From NCBI GenBank assembly GCA_024704765.1, contig JAKMXF010000303.1, positions 391,897-455,896 on the forward strand: a stretch of DNA of 64,000 nucleotides, written 5' to 3'. Within the stretch, counting starts at the first letter, position 1. Each line of letters begins with the position of its first letter. Positions 62,501-64,000 of this stretch are shown one piece after another. The DNA is from Oopsacas minuta (lineage: Eukaryota > Animalia > Porifera). A model generated the notes under the pieces. The model worked only from the letters and a program-made list of their open reading frames with translations, searched no databases and had not been told where the DNA came from. Both the position numbers and the translations under genes were made by a program.

Positions 62501-63430
62501 GAATTCAAATGTATTCCGTAGATCCTTAACCTTGACAAAAGACAAACAGACACTGACGACGAGCAACAATTGAGATTTGATAAAATAGATTACAGTATAT
62601 ATGTACGTCATACTAGATAAATATACATAAAATTTGTGTTAAATAAGTGAATTCATTCCCTGTTTCTACCTAAATCGGCACAATATTCCCACAAAAATTG
62701 AATATACACCGCTGTATGAGTAACACAATGTTAAACTCTATAGACGTATTCATTATAGACATTGCACAGGTGTAAGGCTGTACAATTTTTGTCCTAAACT
62801 CAATTTACTGCATCACATATATATGAGAAACAAATCAGCCTCCATCTTGATATAATCAACGTAGTTTAAGCACGAACATGCTAAACAGATACACACAGTT
62901 GAGTTAGGTATTTCAAATGTATATATCAATACATTTGAAATACCTAACTCAACTGTGTGCATCTATGACTATCTAATAATTTGATTTTCAAGAGGATGAA
63001 TATCCTAAAGTTTTAAATCCCACTACATGCCGTCCTGACTAAACTAACACATTTAGGATGTTCCTATTAGATGGAACGGAACATCTATATTGAATTTTGT
63101 TGTATAGATGTTATCCTATAGTATTAGTATTATTTGGGAAAGGATAGATTATATCACGATTTAATGAAATAATATATTTATTAGAATACTCACTTGATCT
63201 CCTTCCTGGATAATAATTGGTTCTGTAGAGGCTAAGTTTATTTCACTGACTGCATGAGTATAACTAATACAGTAGATTAACACTAATGAGAATAGTAGCA
63301 GTCTGAGGTAGCCGAGACATGACGTAGATTGAAGCTTTGTAATTAGGTTGGATGGTCGTGATAAATGATTCCTGCTTCTGGAACGAGAAGTGTAAGATCT
63401 GTAAGAAGTAAGGGAGTCAGGTTGGTCCAT
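2625..63430 (-). CDS. ADGRV1: Adhesion GPCR V1 (VLGR1/GPR98) orthologue, complete 38-exon gene, about 6,225 aa
   Basis: Hand-spliced exons in transcript order: 63194-63430 (alternative ATG at 63475), 61299-61513, 54979-55312, 53859-54123, 46599-46891, 43070-43504, 42683-42955, 40904-41476, 40202-40603, 38310-39833, 37600-37837, 37247-37522, 36681-36925, 35842-36450, 35004-35351, 34594-34924, 34092-34390, 33734-33970, 33190-33600, 24871-25279, 22590-24556, 21868-22298, 17995-18796, 17238-17565, 16485-16909, 15754-16263, 14769-15245, 13906-14229, 12947-13531, 12243-12539, 10404-11065, 8561-8980, 7676-8182, 7115-7406, 5467-5816, 4841-5169, 4078-4706, 2625-4013. All introns are GT-AG with matching phases; total 18,678 nt. 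Repeated Calx-beta motifs (DDxxPExxExFxVxL...xxDxPxGxxxF), LamG, EPTP, GPS (CQCNHLTNF), 7TM and C-terminal [10 protein letters not shown] match the ADGRV1 architecture. Boundaries are frame-inferred, with no RNA evidence. Confidence 0.93.
5895..6819 (+). mobile_element. Internally deleted Mutator-like (MULE) DNA transposon
   Basis: TIRs GGGACACGGACAAATGACTACATG and the reverse complement of 6796-6819 (22/24 match); 8-bp TSD GTCAGGGG / GTCAGAGG; subterminal GGACAAATGACTAC repeats; transposase C-terminus ...YFENTYIG...PLFPIEMWN...[10 protein letters not shown]...HPNIW. Confidence 0.9.
6021..6638 (+). pseudogene. MULE transposase remnant (C-terminal half, premature stop at about 6447)
   Basis: The [10 protein letters not shown] catalytic-Glu motif is present; the N-terminal DDE part is absent; an in-frame TAA splits ORFs 6021-6449 and 6456-6638. 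Confidence 0.85.
9527..10136. repeat. 11-bp minisatellite (ATATACCCACT / ATATACGCACT), about 55 units, in ADGRV1 intron 31
   Basis: Directly visible tandem array with a single C/G variant position. Confidence 0.98.
11565..11894. mobile_element. Foldback MITE with roughly 85-bp imperfect TIRs
   Basis: The left arm CCCC...GAATATTTAGAATTGTTTAGATAAAATCTTATTGAGTTG...GCCACATGTGGCAGAAGT is mirrored at 11810-11894; the 18-bp core GCCACATGTGGCAGAAGT is a perfect inverted match. Confidence 0.7.
17995..24556 (-). CDS. ADGRV1: ADGRV1 exons 21-23: Calx-beta repeats and EPTP/EAR beta-propeller repeats
   Basis: Exons 22590-24556, 21868-22298 and 17995-18796. EAR-like repeats such as [72 protein letters not shown] and [16 protein letters not shown]. 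Confidence 0.85.
18962..21412 (-). CDS. Intronless half-ABC exporter (about 200-aa N-terminal domain + 6-TM TMD + NBD), 816 aa, nested same-strand in ADGRV1 intron 22
   Basis: Walker [11 protein letters not shown]-loop VIPQ, signature [12 protein letters not shown], Walker B/D-loop [12 protein letters not shown]-loop ATNR (His to Asn) and six hydrophobic segments. ATG at 21412, with no splice acceptor immediately upstream. Confidence 0.9.
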   Translation of the reverse strand: MMAEELSIELDSNNGDLSLVQKMELDRKDFLFRYKLQNTLDLPTSGADKKKAVTTQVFVDYLKQGTSPEEYFKSIFLCELRRFYPQIASDNLFVDGLFLMIYNHVCVEVGEESCFDIEAIQSLLQQEESIDFLDHLTPPEGDKELALYNTVGFTFMNYVFTTSGTRGINNLLNQFYKSDSNTNFRFSGHNLSYHNQKWRIFLKNRECEDVLSYGTLKFILKLLTVDLFLDHYLIVILTVLVMLIDVSAFVYGGQVEATVIYLIATPIINCGNVTDGSAFFTFENQKPLLITCTILVGINVGLVLTDLTINALLSYLATAYGSKHRRIAFSSLHSMDSNHSHKFSSVNLIHLFGEDIDALQQVISTVFVFLGRFIILLFGSIVVCIIIHYFYLIFFSISYVVLYLLGSVLSYFLRKSQASKNALISGLTLRIQDIYEGFYENLHYNLKHHWIESMREKMNFITYGSVVWRAYGVTRVLAYLMNLVNLLLISISYLLPGILILYFNLDFELTLGALFIFFRIIRTPVELLNMNELMSKGAAAYSRLKTFEKLDSKRTDISELNETTNSNLNKELRPHIQLDNIYLSHFPEFGIWSLFDINLNIPFGQKVAIVGSSGSGKSSILNLILGFMEPTRGNVVLRNGSSDMEFGTKGLFGVIPQFHHTFNMSVSDNLKVVNVSVSEDKMIEACKSVSLHQWVMSLPLDYGSLLQKHGKNMSGGQKQRLAIAQAILANASVVVADECTSALDHATALHILDTLFRVTEDKTFIFATNRFERLETFDVIYVMAGGKMVESGSYPELIDQMGVFYSLYSHSQKSEA
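24615..24853. mobile_element. Tc1/pogo-type MITE, TA TSD
   Basis: TA|CAGTACGTCCTCGCTAATCCG ... GGGATTAGCGAGGGCCTACTG|TA inverted termini. Confidence 0.8.
26261..28061 (+). CDS. DRG2: Developmentally regulated GTP-binding protein 2 (3 exons: 26261-26577, 26930-27263, 27615-28061; 365 aa), nested antisense in ADGRV1 intron 19
   Basis: N-terminus [44 protein letters not shown] is DRG2-type; G1 GFPSVGKS, G2 FTT, G3 DLPG, G4 NKID and a C-terminal TGS domain; GT-AG introns in phase. Confidence 0.96.
28250..28364. mobile_element. Short Tc1/mariner-type MITE
   Basis: TIR CAGTAGACTCCGCTTAA / TTAAACGGAGTCTACTG (16/17); a related copy lies at about 35607-35736. Confidence 0.7.
28396..28954 (+). mobile_element. 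Helitron-like dispersed repeat, copy 2
   Basis: Reverse-orientation homologue of 1821-2326, with a (GTTT)n microsatellite, an internal repeat of AAATCTCAATTGTT and the 3' end GCGAAGCGACGAGCCAAAGACTCGT. Confidence 0.55.
29149..30926 (+). CDS. PM20D2: Peptidase M20D (PM20D2/ACY1L2-like) copy A; exons 29149-29569, 29748-30154, 30537-30926; 405 aa
   Basis: Motifs [64 protein letters not shown] and NHT; GT-AG introns in phase. Orthology to PM20D2 is by motif recognition. Confidence 0.88.
31247..33120 (+). CDS. PM20D2: Peptidase M20D (PM20D2-like) copy B; exons 31247-31667, 31977-32383, 32731-33120; 405 aa
   Basis: Same exon lengths (421/407/390) and motifs as copy A, with a [11 protein letters not shown] variant. 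Confidence 0.88.
33190..33600 (-). CDS. ADGRV1: ADGRV1 exon 19: Calx-beta domain interrupted by a PAN/apple-like 4-Cys module
   Basis: [25 protein letters not shown] (C-x3-C-x5-C-x9-C-x-L); acceptor TAG|ATT at 33600, donor GAG|GTATAA at 33190. Confidence 0.8.
38310..39833 (-). CDS. ADGRV1: ADGRV1 exon 10: Calx-beta repeats plus LamG/pentraxin-like domain
   Basis: [21 protein letters not shown]...FTLSAFIK...GFIMARH...YYGIK...WSHIAVV...LYFRG...LQDVRVY is a LamG/pentraxin pattern, at the position expected in ADGRV1. Confidence 0.88.
48827..48875 (+). promoter_or_regulatory. Compact core promoter of the bHLH gene: reverse CCAAT (48827-48831), CRE TGACGTCA (48833-48840), TATAAATA (48868-48875)
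   Basis: Three canonical motifs in typical order; the TATA box starts 65 nt before the ATG at 48933. Confidence 0.6.
48933..49208 (+). CDS. Small intronless bHLH-like protein (91 aa) nested antisense in ADGRV1 intron 4
   Basis: [22 protein letters not shown]...[18 protein letters not shown] fits helix1-loop-helix2 (AF/Y..LR..L...LSK.EIL..A..YI..L); upstream promoter motifs support a real gene. The subfamily cannot be assigned. Confidence 0.72.
   Translation: MELQERTKVNIRLGKLNLKQNPARIRIRTKRRLLRDAYQSLREALDISQDAHHLSNTEILYLAMDRIKLLNLCLQISYQNSNHMLENFGSG
52477..52595. repeat. 24-bp tandem repeat x5 (GAATAGTATATTCTTCAGGATTAA)
   Basis: Directly visible; the units are identical except the truncated last one. 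Confidence 0.97.
52673..52715. repeat. Perfect inverted repeat (19-bp arms, 5-nt loop)
   Basis: ATTGACTTTGTTTCCCAAG-TATCG-CTTGGGAAACAAAGTCAAT. Confidence 0.92.
56447..56505. repeat. (ACAG)n microsatellite, about 14 units
   Basis: Directly visible, about 100 nt downstream of the WD40 gene stop. Confidence 0.97.
56603..57679 (-). CDS. WDR31: WD-repeat protein 31-like (358 aa, intronless), nested same-strand in ADGRV1 intron 2
   Basis: WD40 repeats GH...[21 protein letters not shown]...[24 protein letters not shown]...[13 protein letters not shown] and a C-terminal HNRGI match WDR31 as recalled; MGQNASS is an N-myristoylation-like start. Confidence 0.8.
   Translation of the reverse strand: MGQNASSKFPSNQDDPFLNPDKETTSSPVELDPTPKPKSVSMLDYSGPYFSSIFVQNSDSLVLGGTDGNLFYYSQNPPNVCRLNGHTNDITSLAFDSSLSLVASGSRDEYICLWDVSKIAEDKTKHRSYPINNLHGHELTVTALAIDQSQLFSGSRDNTVCLWDLNTGSCLNRCSIPRNLVTCVKWIPGERCVLQSSEDKHLRVWDTRTMDVVQNLLHPQCLLTACDVSQDGRSFYTSSRGPVENSATATRWDRYTGAVLREYPHLSDNLNTCHLCNELNCLITASNGGSLYFWDVEKGVLLFEKKYYSGPIYSIHRMPGHSDVLCSTHNRGIQIFSFNKSTLGPLQPTSFLIKASIQ
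58670..59021. mobile_element. Degenerate TA-CAGT-type MITE; shorter relative at about 25728-25830
   Basis: Starts TACAGTCAAC and ends GCTTGACTTTA; shares ACGGCTACCGA..GACTGGC and GGCCG.TATGTGCAGG...GTTAAGCAG blocks with 25740-25830. Confidence 0.45.
62490..62589 (-). mobile_element. 5' fragment of the Helitron-like repeat, copy 3
   Basis: A|TCTATTTTATCAAATCTCAATTGTTG... matches the 5' end of copy 1. Confidence 0.45.
62887..62964. repeat. 78-nt near-perfect hairpin (36-bp arms, 6-nt loop) in ADGRV1 intron 1
   Basis: AGATACACACAGTTGAGTTAGGTATTTCAAATGTAT-ATATCA-ATACATTTGAAATACCTAACTCAACTGTGTGCATCT; the single mismatch is a G-U wobble on the minus strand. Confidence 0.93.
63194..63430 (-). CDS. 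ADGRV1: ADGRV1 exon 1: polar/basic leader plus hydrophobic signal segment
   Basis: [20 protein letters not shown]...[25 protein letters not shown]...EGDQ followed by donor CAA|GTGAGT; joins in phase 0 to VAITLVRSG at 61513. The start codon choice (63430 vs 63475) is uncertain. Confidence 0.7.
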
Positions 63431-64000
63431 TTGAGAAGACTCGTGAGATATGCCTTTTGATAAAGTAATAGTCATTGTTGTGAATATATTCAATATCACA
63501 ACAGTATAGAAGTAATGAGAATGTCCACCCCAGACAGGATATACCAAGGTGCTGAAGGGGTAATAATAGAACAGATATTTCTAAGAGCAAATAATATGTG
63601 TCATAAAGAATGATGATACAAATAAACAACATATAGTATTATGAAGGGGCTGTTCAACCGTTACGTAAGGCTACTAAGGGGAGAGGACAGGGCTCTCAAA
63701 AGTGGTATCTGAGGCAGTACAATCTATAAATAATTCGTCCTGATAAGGTGATAAACTACCTCATTTGTACATATATAATATTGAATGATCTTCAACTTGA
63801 GTGTGACAGCCTAATTAATTAGTGCAACTGGTATGGTGCTATAGCTATTATTATGTCAGCTGATTTAAAATATGAATGACAGTAGCAAGGTAGAGATCTC
63901 TTACTATTGTAATAATGAATTAATGCTAAACAGTAATATTCTTATATATCCAGATGTATTTGCATATTTTGTTTGATTTCTGTCACTATTATAATGAATT

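Noticed and set aside
4014-63193. Minor-spliceosome (AT-AC/U12) or GC-AG introns in ADGRV1
   Set aside because: All 37 inferred introns resolve as GT-AG, and none has the GTATCCT U12 donor.

Overview
AT-rich, intron-containing eukaryotic (animal) DNA. The compact introns and codon style suggest an early-branching metazoan such as a sponge; this is an inference, not verified. The window is dominated by one giant minus-strand gene, a complete ADGRV1 (VLGR1/GPR98, Usher 2C) orthologue. I reconstructed it by hand as 38 GT-AG exons (63430 to 2625) with consistent intron phases, about 6,225 aa: signal segment, tandem Calx-beta repeats, LamG/pentraxin domain, PAN/apple-like insert, EPTP/EAR repeats, GAIN/GPS with HL|T, 7TM and a C-terminal IADTHL PDZ ligand. 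Four of its largest introns contain six other genes. On the same strand: WDR31 (intron 2) and an intronless half-ABC exporter with an unexplained ~200-aa N-terminal domain (intron 22). Antisense: a tiny atypical bHLH gene with a CCAAT-CRE-TATA promoter (intron 4), and DRG2 plus two tandem PM20D2-like peptidase genes showing exon-restricted homogenisation (intron 19). Also present: an ABCC-type pseudogene, an internally deleted MULE with TIRs and TSD, Helitron-like and TA-flanked MITE repeats, an 11-bp two-variant minisatellite, a 24-bp tandem repeat and three near-perfect hairpins. No rRNA, tRNA or CRISPR array was recognised. All homology calls come from motif recognition by eye, not database searches.
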